Source: Candidatus Poribacteria bacterium (GTDB lineage: Bacteria > Poribacteria > WGA-4E > WGA-3G). From it: a stretch of 64,000 bases of DNA. Below the pieces are notes generated by a model. The model was not told the DNA's origin. It worked only from the letters and a program-made list of their open reading frames with translations, and searched no databases. A program made the translations under genes and the position numbers. Location: assembly GCA_965242965.1 (NCBI GenBank), contig OZ251518.1:2880001-2944000 (forward strand), in the 5' to 3' direction. Below are positions 38,686 through 49,123 of the stretch, piece after piece; position 1 is the stretch's first letter; each line of letters begins with the position of its first letter.

Positions 38686-39692
38686 AACGGCGATGGACAC
38701 TCACTATATCTGTATGCCTCGTGATTTTCCTCGCGGCACTCGTCGCGCTGTCAAAGCGTGCAGATAGAGGCAATGCGCGTGCAGAGACAACATCTCCGCA
38801 CGACGATGCCTATCAAGCGTTTCAGGCGGGAAAGTGCAAAAGTTGCCATCCTGCCATCTGGCGCGAGTGGGAGAAATCGATGCACGCGCAAGCGTGGACA
38901 GACGCAATTTATCAGGCGGCGGCAGCCCAAGTCACCGATAGGGAAGCCCGCTGTGATGTGTGTCACGCGCCCGAACCCATCCTCGTCACCGGTATCGGAA
39001 AAATGCCCATCTTGCGCGCTCGGCACCGTGATGCAGGTGTCTCCTGCCTTGTCTGTCACCTCGATGCCGATGGTGCGATGCACGGACCGGCGGCAAGTGC
39101 CGAAACGCATTTTCATGAGAATATCACGAATGCCATCTTTACCGAACCGATGCCGCTCTGCGCTACGTGCCACGGGCAACCGAGCGTCCCCGCGCACGAC
39201 TTGGTGACGAGTTTTCGCGAAAGTAGGTCTGCCGAGGAGAACAAAACGTGTGCCACCTGCCACATGCCCGCGGTGAAACGGTTGCAAAGCACAGCGAGTT
39301 ATGAGAGTATTCCTGGAAGGAAGCATACGTGGCAAGGCAGCCGCAGCGTCGCGCAACTCAAACGCGCCGCCACACTGCACTTTAATTTTAGCGAGGACAG
39401 CGCGACTGTCACCCTGCAGAATAAAACTGGGCATCTCCTTCCCGGCAACATCTATCGTGTCATCGTGCTTGATGTCACGCTTTTTACAGCGGATGGGAAC
39501 GTCCGGCAAACATCGCGGCACACCTTTTCCGAAGCGCAAGCCAATCGTCTGCCAGCCGACGCGCGGCGAACCTTTGTTTTTGCAGCGCACACGGGAGATA
39601 CCATTGAAGCGCGCCTACGGTATCAATTAACATCCGAAACCCCGGAGGCATCGTGGATACGCATGGCAGAAGTGCGTGGTATCGTGCCATGA
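38682..39692 (+). CDS. Exported pentaheme c-type cytochrome (c554/c552-like)
   Basis: Five CxxCH motifs (CKSCH, CDVCH, CLVCH, CATCH x2), WEKSMHA, N-terminal anchor. Confidence 0.88.
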   Translation: MKRRWTLTISVCLVIFLAALVALSKRADRGNARAETTSPHDDAYQAFQAGKCKSCHPAIWREWEKSMHAQAWTDAIYQAAAAQVTDREARCDVCHAPEPILVTGIGKMPILRARHRDAGVSCLVCHLDADGAMHGPAASAETHFHENITNAIFTEPMPLCATCHGQPSVPAHDLVTSFRESRSAEENKTCATCHMPAVKRLQSTASYESIPGRKHTWQGSRSVAQLKRAATLHFNFSEDSATVTLQNKTGHLLPGNIYRVIVLDVTLFTADGNVRQTSRHTFSEAQANRLPADARRTFVFAAHTGDTIEARLRYQLTSETPEASWIRMAEVRGIVP

Positions 39693-39778
39693 GTTTCGGG
39701 ATGCCGTTGCGGCGCGGCAGCATCTGTAGGCGCGATGAAGGTATAAGTGCTATCGCAAAAAAAAATGAGGCCATAAAT

Positions 39779-40447
39779 GAGGGGGTTCATAAATCGATGC
39801 GTTCCCGGTAGGAGAGACCTCCTGGTCTCGATTTCTTCCCGTAGCGCGGGGCCCCTCGGAGGTTTCCATACGCGCATCCGAGCGGGTTTCCCCCGCGAAC
39901 GCCATCGTCACGATGTGTGTTCCCCATCTGTAGTTTGTGCTCGCCTGATCACAAACAGGTCAGGATCAGGCGATCCTGAACTACAGAGCCTGGCGCGAGA
40001 ACGATGGCGAGGGACAGGCCCTCGCCCTACGGTGAAGTGCCGCTTTTTTTCGTAGCGCGGGGGCCTGTCCCCCGCGAGTGCCATCGTCACGATGTGTGTT
40101 TCCCCATCTGTAGTTTGTGATCGCCTGATCACAAACAGGTCAGGATCAGGCGATCCTGAACTACAGGGTCTAGCGCGCGGACGCTGGCGAGGGGTGAAGT
40201 GCCGTTTTTTCCCGTAGCGTGGGGGCCTGTCCCCCGCGAACGTTGGATTGCACGGACGATGGCGAGGGAAACCCTCTCGGATGCGCGTATGGCATCCGAG
40301 GGCCCTCGCCCTACGATGAAGGGGGCTTTCTGCCGCCGCGGCCCCGGGCGCGCCGCCCTATTGCATCGAGACCGGGAGGTCTCTCCTACCAAGAGGGCTC
40401 GATATTCGGGGGAGATAAATGCCGAAACGGATTTATGAAACACGCTC
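39779..40447. mobile_element. 669-bp REP-filled MITE-like element with 8-bp target duplication
   Basis: Ends GAGGGGGTTCATA and TATGAAACACGCTC; flanks CCATAAAT and ACATAAAT; internal ~86-bp duplication at about 39901 and 40080. Confidence 0.75.
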
Positions 40448-40483
40448 ACATAAATACCATCGCGAAAAAAAAGATTTTTTTAA

Positions 40484-40985
40484 TTGACAAAATTAATGCA
40501 TTTATGATAAACTATCAATAAGGCTTAATCAAAATTGGCTCAAAGCACAAAACCTTGAGACAAATTTGAAATTTTTCTTGACATTTCGTGAAAAATGTGG
40601 TATCATATATACGTGAAATGTCGTGCTGTTACGATTTTGATTGTTGATGTCCCGCTGAATCCGGGAGAAAGTTCGCGAAGCCCGTGCAATTGGCCGATTA
40701 AAACAGTTGCTTATTTTTGGCACATTTGTTAAAATCACACCTGTCACGATGGGTGAATTTTCAACCCGACAACAAAATACGCTTGCGGAACCGCCGAAAC
40801 GGGGTGTTTTCGGGGACGATTTGAAACACCAGCGATGTTTTGTATCGGCATAGGGAGCCTGAGCGGAAACCTTAAATTTTTAAGGCGCGGAAATAAGCCG
40901 CGGGGAGCAGTATGCCGAAAGCGATGGCGGCTGCATCCCGAACAGAACTTTTTGCTTGCTTTTCGCGCGCAAAATCGTGTATAAT
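40484..40985 (+). promoter_or_regulatory. Up to three tandem sigma70-like promoters upstream of the giant surface protein gene
   Basis: TTGACA 40484-18 bp-TAAACT; TTGACA 40578-17 bp-TATCAT (extended -10); TTGCTT 40956-18 bp-TATAAT. Confidence 0.6.
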
Positions 40986-41223
40986 AATCCTATCCTAGGA
41001 TGCCGTGCCTCTTGGGGTAGGAACGTGTAAATGGAGAGCAGCACCGAACGTTTCTGAAGCAGCTACTGCATCAGAAACCGACATTGTTGAACTCTACCGA
41101 AAATAGTTGGATAGACATGCCGCCGCGCCGCGCGTCTTTTGCTTCCCGCTCAAACGATGTCTATCCAAAGAAAACTCAGTCTGAGTCTTGCGTTTACGCA
41201 GACTTCATGAGGAGGATAAGTTA

Positions 41224-44200
41224 ATGAAAAAACGAACGTTCGTTTGTTTTTTGATTTTTACATTGTGTGTTTTTCACAGTTCGCTGCCAGGCACTGTTTT
41301 CGGACAGGATGCCTCGCTAGCCGAACAGGTACTGGAAAAATACAGCGAGACGTTGCAACGGGAGGACATTCAAGAAATCCTTCCGGATGTCCTGGAGGGG
41401 CTTAAAGCACCGAATATTCAAGCACTCTTGAATCCGGATACTATCACGCTCGTCGTGACCCAGCCGGATCTGCTTGCGCGATTCGTGCCTGACATAGACC
41501 CGAAATTCGTAACGCTGCTGAAAGAGGATGCGGAACTCAAGACGATGCTCCAAGATGCGCAAGTGCAGAAATTGCTTACGCAGCCTGCAGCCATCGACGA
41601 ACTTGCAGCCGCGCTGAACGTAGTGGAGCCTCCGCCGGAAGTGGCACCACCTGTAGAGATGCCGCCAGTAGAGGAGCCGCCGGTAGTCGTTGACCCGCCG
41701 GAAGTGACACCACCCGTAGAGATGCCGACTTCGCTCGCTCAGCAAGTGCTTGCCGCGCATAGCGCGACGCTCATGCGAGCCGATATTCAAGCGGTACTCC
41801 CGGCTGTCTTGGAGGGGCTTAAGGCACCGGATATTCAAGGAATCCTGAATCCGCAGACTATCGGGTTAGTCGTCGCGAATCCAGATATTCTAACGGACTT
41901 CGTGCCTGGAATAGACCCGGCCTTCGTAACGCTGCTGAAAGAGGATGCGCAACTCAAGACGATGCTCAGCGATATGCAAGTTCAAGAGTTGCTGCAGAAT
42001 CCTGCCGCAATTGACGAACTCGCAGCGTTGCTCAACGTCGGAGAACAACCGGCTGTTGACCCGCCGGAGGTGGCACCACCCGTAGAAATGCCGCAGGAGG
42101 AAGTGGCACCACCCGTAGAGATGCCGACTTCGCTCGCTCAGCAAGTGCTTGCCGCGCATAGCGCGACGCTTATGCGGGCCGATATTCAAGCGGTTCTCCC
42201 GGATGTCTTAACGGCTTTGCAAGCTCCGGATATTCAAGAGCAACTGAATCCGGCTATCATCGGTGCAGCTATCGCGAATCCAGACATATTAGCGGCCGTC
42301 GGGGTTGAGCAGCCTTTCATCGACTTGCTGAAAACGGATGCGGAACTCCAGACAATGCTCAGCGATATGCAAGTGCAAGCATTGCTGCAGAATCCCGCCG
42401 CAATTAACGAACTCGCAGGGTTACTTGTTGGCGAACAGCCGGTGGAACCACCAGTAGAGCCGCCCGTTGTAGTGGATCCGCCACCTATTGTGCCGCCCGT
42501 TGGACAGGCAGATCCGTTCGCGCCGATAACACCGGCAAACGAATCGATTGTTGGCAAATCCCGTCTCGGCGGACTTGATAACAATAGACTCTCTGGCAGA
42601 CAATTTGTGAGTGAAGTCTTTGAAGCAATGGGAATCTCGTTGGAGACCTTGGCGGCTTTCGGATACACGCAAGACAAGGTGATTGACGAAATCCTTAATC
42701 TGGTTCCCCAGGGCATGATTCCGAAAAAGCAGATCAAGCAGGTTCTCGCCTCCAAGCATATCAAATACTTTGACGATGTGATTGATGGGCAAGACCTTGG
42801 GCAACAACTCGATTACGAGAATTTTGGAAACGCCATCACACCGATGCTCTTGGAGTTGGCTTACCAAAATGAGCCTAACCGCAAATACGTCACGAGAGAT
42901 AACCTGAACGTTTACGCGCGTGTGCCGTCAGCGAACGTCGGTGGGGTTCAGTTTAGCCTTACTGATGGGCGGACGGTGGAAGGAACGCAAATCACTTCTG
43001 CAGCATTCGGAGCAGATACGTTCCCGTATACCTTCCGTTTGGAAGAAACGCTCGCCGCGACGAACCTGCCTGCATGGCCGGGTTTGGACTCGCAGTTGTT
43101 TTCCAACGTTGTTCTTCGCTACTCGCAAACCGGGTTGACAGGCGACTATATCGCCGTTGAGATGCAACCGGCAACCGGTGCAGATGGCGGTGTCGTTTGG
43201 GAAACGGAGATAGGTATCACGGCAGGTAGCACTTACTACTACTTTGAAGTAATGCTCGCCGAACCGGTGACACTTGAGGTGCTGGATCGGGAGAAGATTG
43301 CCGCTATTGTGCAGCATGTGCTAGGCGGGAATACCGTGAGTATGGCTGAAGTGCTGCATGCAACGAAGTCCTACACGATTGAAGGATGGGCAATGCCAGA
43401 CCCGCGCAACCTTCAACTCGCAGACCGCGGTATCATCAACGCGATTTTCACGTCAGACTTCAAAGCCGCTCTGATTGGTGCAATGGCTGGCCCAATTAGC
43501 AAAGCAACCAGTGGGCAGCAACTGACTGCCAACGACATCGTGAACGCGCTAGGAAAACACCAGAGGAAACTTCAGAACATCCTCTTCCGGAACGCTAACG
43601 CGTTGACAACACAGTTTGAGAACGCATTCGACCCGATGTTGTCCTCAGTCTTCACTCTCCCGCGTATTGATGCCGCAACGGAATCCATCTGGGCAGCCAG
43701 TATTGATTCCATTGCCGATGGCAACTATTACTTGGGTGCCGTTGTTCTCGATGCGAATGGAAATCCGCTGGATCAGATGCAAGGCGAATTTACCGTTGAT
43801 ACCAGCGCGCCAGATGCAGGCATTCATATTACCCCAGGCGCAAACGCCACCGGGTATATGAACGAAGAAGGCGTTTATGTCGCCACCGCGCCAGCAGCTG
43901 GCACTACCGCAACACTGAATATCACGGGGACCCCGAAGGTGGCTGACGTAGCACCGGGCGAAGGGTATCTCTTCTATCAAGAGATTAAACTGGATGCCGA
44001 CGGGATGCCGCAAAGCGCGTGGGCACCGCTCACGGTGGATGCCACGATGCTTGCATCGCGTATCTGGGATGAAACCCTTGCACAGTTGGACCGGCAGGGA
44101 GCTATTCCCAAGCAGTTCTCGTTTATCCAAGGCGTGCCTTTTGAGCAAGTCTTGGCACTGCTCAGCCCCGGGCTGATTCAACAGTATGCCAACCCGTTCC

Positions 44201-47200
44201 TTAAACAGTATGTCAATCCGACTCTCAAGCAGGTCGCGCCAAAGATAGGCGACGCGCAGCTCTCTGAAGAGGACAGTCAGACGTTACTTGACATCTTGGG
44301 GGCTACCCTCGATCTGATTAATTCGATTCCGATTACCTACGGTGAACCGAATAATACGGTAACGATGGCGATTCAGGGTGAGCAGATGCCTCTCCTGCTT
44401 GGCGATTACGGCGTTCGGGCCATGGGAATTGATACACTCTTTAATATCAGTGCCCACACCGCGCCGACGCACATCAGGATTGTCAGCCCCGAATATGACA
44501 CCGCAGCGGTGACGCTCGCTGTCATTGGCGATTGTAACGGGGACGGCGATACCGATGACCCGGGTGAAAGTGGTGCAATCGGTGACTTAACCATTTACGC
44601 CAATACGACAGAGAATATCATGCTTACGGTTGCTATCGGCAATCGCACGGCGCATCCAGCATCCGTGATGGTGCAATACATGGATGCAAGTGGCGCATGG
44701 CAAAATATTAACGAAGTCGATCTGGCGGGTGTCGCCGCGGGTGACACAATTGAAGTAAGTTGGAACGTCGCAGACTTTGACGCGCTCGTCGGCGCAGGCA
44801 GCAGTGTGATGGTGCGTGCAGTCGCAGCCAACGCGCTTGGCCTGGCAGACCCCGAGCCAGTCTCGGCACAGATGATGTTAGACGCAGGTATCTGCCCGGT
44901 TGTGCCGGAAGTCGTGGCAATTACTGTCACGCCTGCAGAAACAAATCCGGACAGTGGCGCGCCGCAAGGCATGCTTACTGTGAACGCAACTACGCCGGAA
45001 CGCACAACTTCTCCTGTCACCGCTGTCCGGTTTGAAGCAAAACGGGCTGGAGACGCGGCATGGGCAACTATCGCAACGGTTGATAGTGCCACCGGCCAGG
45101 AATGGAGTGCCGCCGTTGATACCACGACTTTGGAAGACTCTATCACAGCAGCGAGTCCCGCGGCACGTGATGCCTCCAAAGACGATAATCTCTATACAGT
45201 GCGCGCGATTGCTATCGCCGATGGCGCAGACCATCCCTCCGCTGCCACCGCGACATTCTCGCTAGACAATGTTGATGACGTGGCACCGTTAGGGCCAACG
45301 GCTATTCTCCTCGTTGAGGATAGTGCGGGTGTTATTGCACCCGATGGCAGTGGTGAATACAAACTGGGTGGCATCGTTGACGAATCAGTGGATGCACCTG
45401 TCGCCACGTTTACGCTTCAGCCTGCAGCCGCTCCCAATACGTATGCCTCGGTGAAGTTGGTGCAAACCGATGCCGATGGCACCGTCACTGAAATTGATGG
45501 TGAAGCCGGTATGCTGAAAATCACCGTGGATGTCGGTGCATTGGAGAATGCTGCATATACTTTCCACGCCTTAGCGGTAGACGCTGCTGGCAACGTGCAG
45601 ACAGATGAATCGCCCACAACGACTACCAACGTAGCGAACTTCCGGGTGGCAGATGTCAGTGATGTTGCCGTGACGGCTGTTGATGGCATGAGCGTCGAAA
45701 ATCCAGAATCGCCGGTTGCGCGCGACTCCTTCACGATAAGTCTCACGGTTGCCAACGGCACCGTGGCATCGGGAGAACTGAGCGTAACTATCGACGGCAA
45801 TGCCGCAACAAGCGAAACGGTGGAAGGACCGGCAAATACATTCTCACTGACGGTAGATGTTTCAACACTGCCTGATGGGAAGTATACTCCGAATGCTGTT
45901 GTCACTCAGCGCAATGGCGCGGTATCCATTGAATTGGCATCGATTACGGTAGCCCCGCAAATCAAGGCAATTACGGTTGACGCTGCGGAAAAGACGAATC
46001 CGGATAGTGGCGCGCCGCAAGGCATGCTTACCATCAACGGATATACGTCACAACGCGCAACTTCGGATACCACCGCGATGCGGTTTCAAGCCAAGCAAAG
46101 CGGCGACACGGAGTGGAAAGACATCGGCACGACTGATGTAAGCGACTCCGTTGCTGTGGAAGGACAGGAACTCGTCGACATTATCGAAGACCTGGTTGGC
46201 ACTGTCGCTAGCGGGAAAGAGGAGGTGCCGATTTCGACTACTGCCCGGAAATGGACAGCGTCGATTGACACAACCGAGTTGGAAGATACCATCACCGCGG
46301 ACAGTGCCGCGGCACGCGATGTCTCCAAAGATGATAACACCTATATGGTGCGCGCCATCCTCAGTGTCAACGGCACGGAAATCATGTCACCTGCAGGTGT
46401 CACCGCGACATTCTCCGTGGACAACGTCGATGATGTCGCACCGCTGGGGCCGACGGCTATTCTCCTCGTTGAAGATACCGCCGGTGAGATTATCCCAGAC
46501 GAAGCGGGTGCCTACACAGTAGGTGGTATTGTTGACGACTCGCTGGATGCACCTGTCGCCACGTTTACCATTCAACCGACAGCCGCCGCCGATACCTATG
46601 ACTCGGTGAAGTTGGTGCAAACCACAGCCGATGGCACCGTCACTGACATTGATGGCGAGGCTGGCGAGATGGCAATCACGGTAGCAGTCAGTGCGTTGGA
46701 AAACGCGCAGTATGGCTTCCACGCCTTGGCGGTTGATGCTGCCGGCAACGTGCAGACAGATGAATCGCCGACAACCACTGTTAACGTTCTGAACTTCCGA
46801 CTCGCGGACATCAGTGACTTAGCAGTGACAGCAGTTGACGGTGAAGCTGTAGCAGAACCGCCCGCAGAACCAATTCCGCTCACAACTTCGGTAACGGTAG
46901 GTTTCACGGTTGCCAACGGTTCCTTAAGTCTGGAAGATGTGACAGGAGGAACTGTCAACGGCAGCGAGATGCCAATCGAAACGGCGGAAGAACCGGAGAA
47001 TACCTTCGCATTGACGGTAGATGTATCCGGACTGCCCGATGGGCTCTATACACCTTCGGGTGTCATCACCCAACGGAACGGTTCAGTCTCCTTCCCGCTT
47101 TCGGCGAGTGATGCGATGATTAACGTGGATAACACCGCGCCAATGGTGACGCTTGAGGCACCGTTAGCCGGACATACCATTGACAGTCTGCCGACCGTCC

Positions 47201-48984
47201 TCGCTACCTACGATGATGGCGCGGGGACAGGTGTTGACGGAGCTACCGGTAACTTGGCACTGATGCGCATCCGTCCCGGCAACGCCGAAGATGAGGTGGT
47301 AGACGTAGATCAGGCGATGCTTGAAAAAGATGCCGCCCAGTTAGTCTACACCCGCAACGAGCAGCTGCCCGGTGGTGCCTATCGCATTGTCGTGGAAGTC
47401 GCCGATATCCTCGGAAACGTCGGTGAGGCATCTGTGGAATTCGCTATCAGTGGCACAATCCCCACGGTCGCGATTCAGTCACCTGCCTCCGGACAAACGT
47501 TTGAGCATGGAAACCCGCTCATCAGTGGTGAATTTTCCGGCGCAGGCGAGTTGACAGTGACGACATTTACCGTTGACGGTGTAGACGCAACCCCAGTGGT
47601 AGACGGGAACAGATTCTCGTATACCCCGGCGGACGCGTTAGCCGATGGCGAGCACACCGTTGCAGTCGAAGTTACAGACAGCAATGGTAAGACAGCGCAG
47701 ACATCCGTCGTTTTCATGGTGAAAGTGCCGAAAGACACGACACCCCCTGTTATTTCCGAAGCGGCTCCCTCGGGGCTCGTCAAGGGTGATAGCTGGGTAA
47801 CCATCTCCGCCGTTGTAACAGACGAGCAATCGGACGTGGTCACGGTGAGATTCGGTATTAACGACAAACCGCTCCGCTCCGTGCCTTCCGCGCAGATCGC
47901 TGATGGACGTATTAACGTCGCTGACAGCTTCACGCCAGGAACGCACAAACTCAAAGTGGTTGCAATCAGCGAAGGTGGAACGACTGAACATTCATGGACG
48001 TTCACCCTCGTCGTTGATAACGTCGCACCGACAATCACATCTATTACACCGTCTGGAACTATCCGCGCGGGACTCCCGACAATCTCGGCGAGTGCCAACG
48101 ATGAATCCGGCGTTGACGAAATGTCTATCGTCGTGATGGATAGCGACGGCGACGAGGTGGAAGGCAGCGACGCAGACGATGGCGAAGACGATGTTGAAGG
48201 TATCACCCGCATCGACTTCATTCCGGAGAACCCTCTTGACGAGGGGACTTATACGATTGAAGTTCGCGCAACGGATACCATCGGAAATTCCGCGACGGCA
48301 AAGGGAACTTTCACCGTTGATTTCGACACGGCAGCCCCTGTCATCACCATGTCATCCCCACAACAGGATGCACGGCTGACAGAACGCCGCCCGACGATTT
48401 CAATCACCTTCACCGATGCCGAATCCGGTGTGGATGTCGATTCCCTCAGATTCGTTCTCGATGATCAGCTGATTAACCTCACATCGCAGCAGAAGTCAGC
48501 ATCGCAGGTGGTTTACGTGCCACAGGCTGAACTCTCCTTCGGACTGCATACGGTTAAACTGGAAGTGTCTGACATGGCGCACAAAGAGGGCAACGTCTCC
48601 GATAAGAACGGCGATGCCCGGCAGGCGAACATGGCAGTCCACGAGTTCAGTTTCTTCGTTGAGAGCGAGGAAGGGCCCGTCTTGGCCGCTCGGCCGATAA
48701 ACGCGCCGAATCCGTTCAAGGAGAATACGCGGATTTCCTTCACGCTGACCCGGCAATCCACGGTGAGCATTGTCATTTACGACATGACGCTCCGTCCGGT
48801 GCGGGTGCTGGTGGATAACGAAGTCTGGGATGCAGGCGAGTATATCGGCAAAAATGCAATCGGTTGGGATGGAACAACAACCGGTGGCGAAGACTTAGCT
48901 CGGGGCATCTACTTCTGCCAGATTATAGTGGCAGATGGGTTTGAGCCAGAATACGTTATTCTGAAACTCGCCCTGACGCGCTAA
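41224..48984 (+). CDS. Giant secreted surface protein (2586 aa): three helical N-terminal repeats, many Ig-like (Big) domains, C-terminal FlgD-Ig/T9SS-CTD-like domain
   Basis: GGAGG RBS, signal peptide, repeated DxxAP/DTTPP Ig boundaries, C-terminal NAPNPF..TRISFTL..VSIVIYD...WDG...LARGIYFCQI. Confidence 0.85.
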   Translation: MKKRTFVCFLIFTLCVFHSSLPGTVFGQDASLAEQVLEKYSETLQREDIQEILPDVLEGLKAPNIQALLNPDTITLVVTQPDLLARFVPDIDPKFVTLLKEDAELKTMLQDAQVQKLLTQPAAIDELAAALNVVEPPPEVAPPVEMPPVEEPPVVVDPPEVTPPVEMPTSLAQQVLAAHSATLMRADIQAVLPAVLEGLKAPDIQGILNPQTIGLVVANPDILTDFVPGIDPAFVTLLKEDAQLKTMLSDMQVQELLQNPAAIDELAALLNVGEQPAVDPPEVAPPVEMPQEEVAPPVEMPTSLAQQVLAAHSATLMRADIQAVLPDVLTALQAPDIQEQLNPAIIGAAIANPDILAAVGVEQPFIDLLKTDAELQTMLSDMQVQALLQNPAAINELAGLLVGEQPVEPPVEPPVVVDPPPIVPPVGQADPFAPITPANESIVGKSRLGGLDNNRLSGRQFVSEVFEAMGISLETLAAFGYTQDKVIDEILNLVPQGMIPKKQIKQVLASKHIKYFDDVIDGQDLGQQLDYENFGNAITPMLLELAYQNEPNRKYVTRDNLNVYARVPSANVGGVQFSLTDGRTVEGTQITSAAFGADTFPYTFRLEETLAATNLPAWPGLDSQLFSNVVLRYSQTGLTGDYIAVEMQPATGADGGVVWETEIGITAGSTYYYFEVMLAEPVTLEVLDREKIAAIVQHVLGGNTVSMAEVLHATKSYTIEGWAMPDPRNLQLADRGIINAIFTSDFKAALIGAMAGPISKATSGQQLTANDIVNALGKHQRKLQNILFRNANALTTQFENAFDPMLSSVFTLPRIDAATESIWAASIDSIADGNYYLGAVVLDANGNPLDQMQGEFTVDTSAPDAGIHITPGANATGYMNEEGVYVATAPAAGTTATLNITGTPKVADVAPGEGYLFYQEIKLDADGMPQSAWAPLTVDATMLASRIWDETLAQLDRQGAIPKQFSFIQGVPFEQVLALLSPGLIQQYANPFLKQYVNPTLKQVAPKIGDAQLSEEDSQTLLDILGATLDLINSIPITYGEPNNTVTMAIQGEQMPLLLGDYGVRAMGIDTLFNISAHTAPTHIRIVSPEYDTAAVTLAVIGDCNGDGDTDDPGESGAIGDLTIYANTTENIMLTVAIGNRTAHPASVMVQYMDASGAWQNINEVDLAGVAAGDTIEVSWNVADFDALVGAGSSVMVRAVAANALGLADPEPVSAQMMLDAGICPVVPEVVAITVTPAETNPDSGAPQGMLTVNATTPERTTSPVTAVRFEAKRAGDAAWATIATVDSATGQEWSAAVDTTTLEDSITAASPAARDASKDDNLYTVRAIAIADGADHPSAATATFSLDNVDDVAPLGPTAILLVEDSAGVIAPDGSGEYKLGGIVDESVDAPVATFTLQPAAAPNTYASVKLVQTDADGTVTEIDGEAGMLKITVDVGALENAAYTFHALAVDAAGNVQTDESPTTTTNVANFRVADVSDVAVTAVDGMSVENPESPVARDSFTISLTVANGTVASGELSVTIDGNAATSETVEGPANTFSLTVDVSTLPDGKYTPNAVVTQRNGAVSIELASITVAPQIKAITVDAAEKTNPDSGAPQGMLTINGYTSQRATSDTTAMRFQAKQSGDTEWKDIGTTDVSDSVAVEGQELVDIIEDLVGTVASGKEEVPISTTARKWTASIDTTELEDTITADSAAARDVSKDDNTYMVRAILSVNGTEIMSPAGVTATFSVDNVDDVAPLGPTAILLVEDTAGEIIPDEAGAYTVGGIVDDSLDAPVATFTIQPTAAADTYDSVKLVQTTADGTVTDIDGEAGEMAITVAVSALENAQYGFHALAVDAAGNVQTDESPTTTVNVLNFRLADISDLAVTAVDGEAVAEPPAEPIPLTTSVTVGFTVANGSLSLEDVTGGTVNGSEMPIETAEEPENTFALTVDVSGLPDGLYTPSGVITQRNGSVSFPLSASDAMINVDNTAPMVTLEAPLAGHTIDSLPTVLATYDDGAGTGVDGATGNLALMRIRPGNAEDEVVDVDQAMLEKDAAQLVYTRNEQLPGGAYRIVVEVADILGNVGEASVEFAISGTIPTVAIQSPASGQTFEHGNPLISGEFSGAGELTVTTFTVDGVDATPVVDGNRFSYTPADALADGEHTVAVEVTDSNGKTAQTSVVFMVKVPKDTTPPVISEAAPSGLVKGDSWVTISAVVTDEQSDVVTVRFGINDKPLRSVPSAQIADGRINVADSFTPGTHKLKVVAISEGGTTEHSWTFTLVVDNVAPTITSITPSGTIRAGLPTISASANDESGVDEMSIVVMDSDGDEVEGSDADDGEDDVEGITRIDFIPENPLDEGTYTIEVRATDTIGNSATAKGTFTVDFDTAAPVITMSSPQQDARLTERRPTISITFTDAESGVDVDSLRFVLDDQLINLTSQQKSASQVVYVPQAELSFGLHTVKLEVSDMAHKEGNVSDKNGDARQANMAVHEFSFFVESEEGPVLAARPINAPNPFKENTRISFTLTRQSTVSIVIYDMTLRPVRVLVDNEVWDAGEYIGKNAIGWDGTTTGGEDLARGIYFCQIIVADGFEPEYVILKLALTR

Positions 48985-49056
48985 GTCAATAGGTGTCTAC
49001 TGCATCGGGGAATGGGCGGCCCTCCCGTTCATTCCCCGTGGTAGATGCTGAAGGAC

Positions 49057-49111
49057 TCGCGACCGGAAGGTCGCGCCTATACAAAGGCTCGCGACCGGGA
49101 GGTCGCGCCTA
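49057..49111 (-). repeat. Tandem REP pair directly before the RBS of the PorV-like gene
   Basis: TCGCGACC-GGRA-GGTCGCGCCTAY twice (reverse of GTAG-GCGCGACC-TCCC-GGTCGCGA). Confidence 0.75.
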
Positions 49112-49123
49112 CAGGAGGATATA

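Noticed and set aside
40718-40733. Sigma54 promoter TGGCAC upstream of the giant gene
   Set aside because: The -12 element reads TTAA rather than TTGC at the required spacing.
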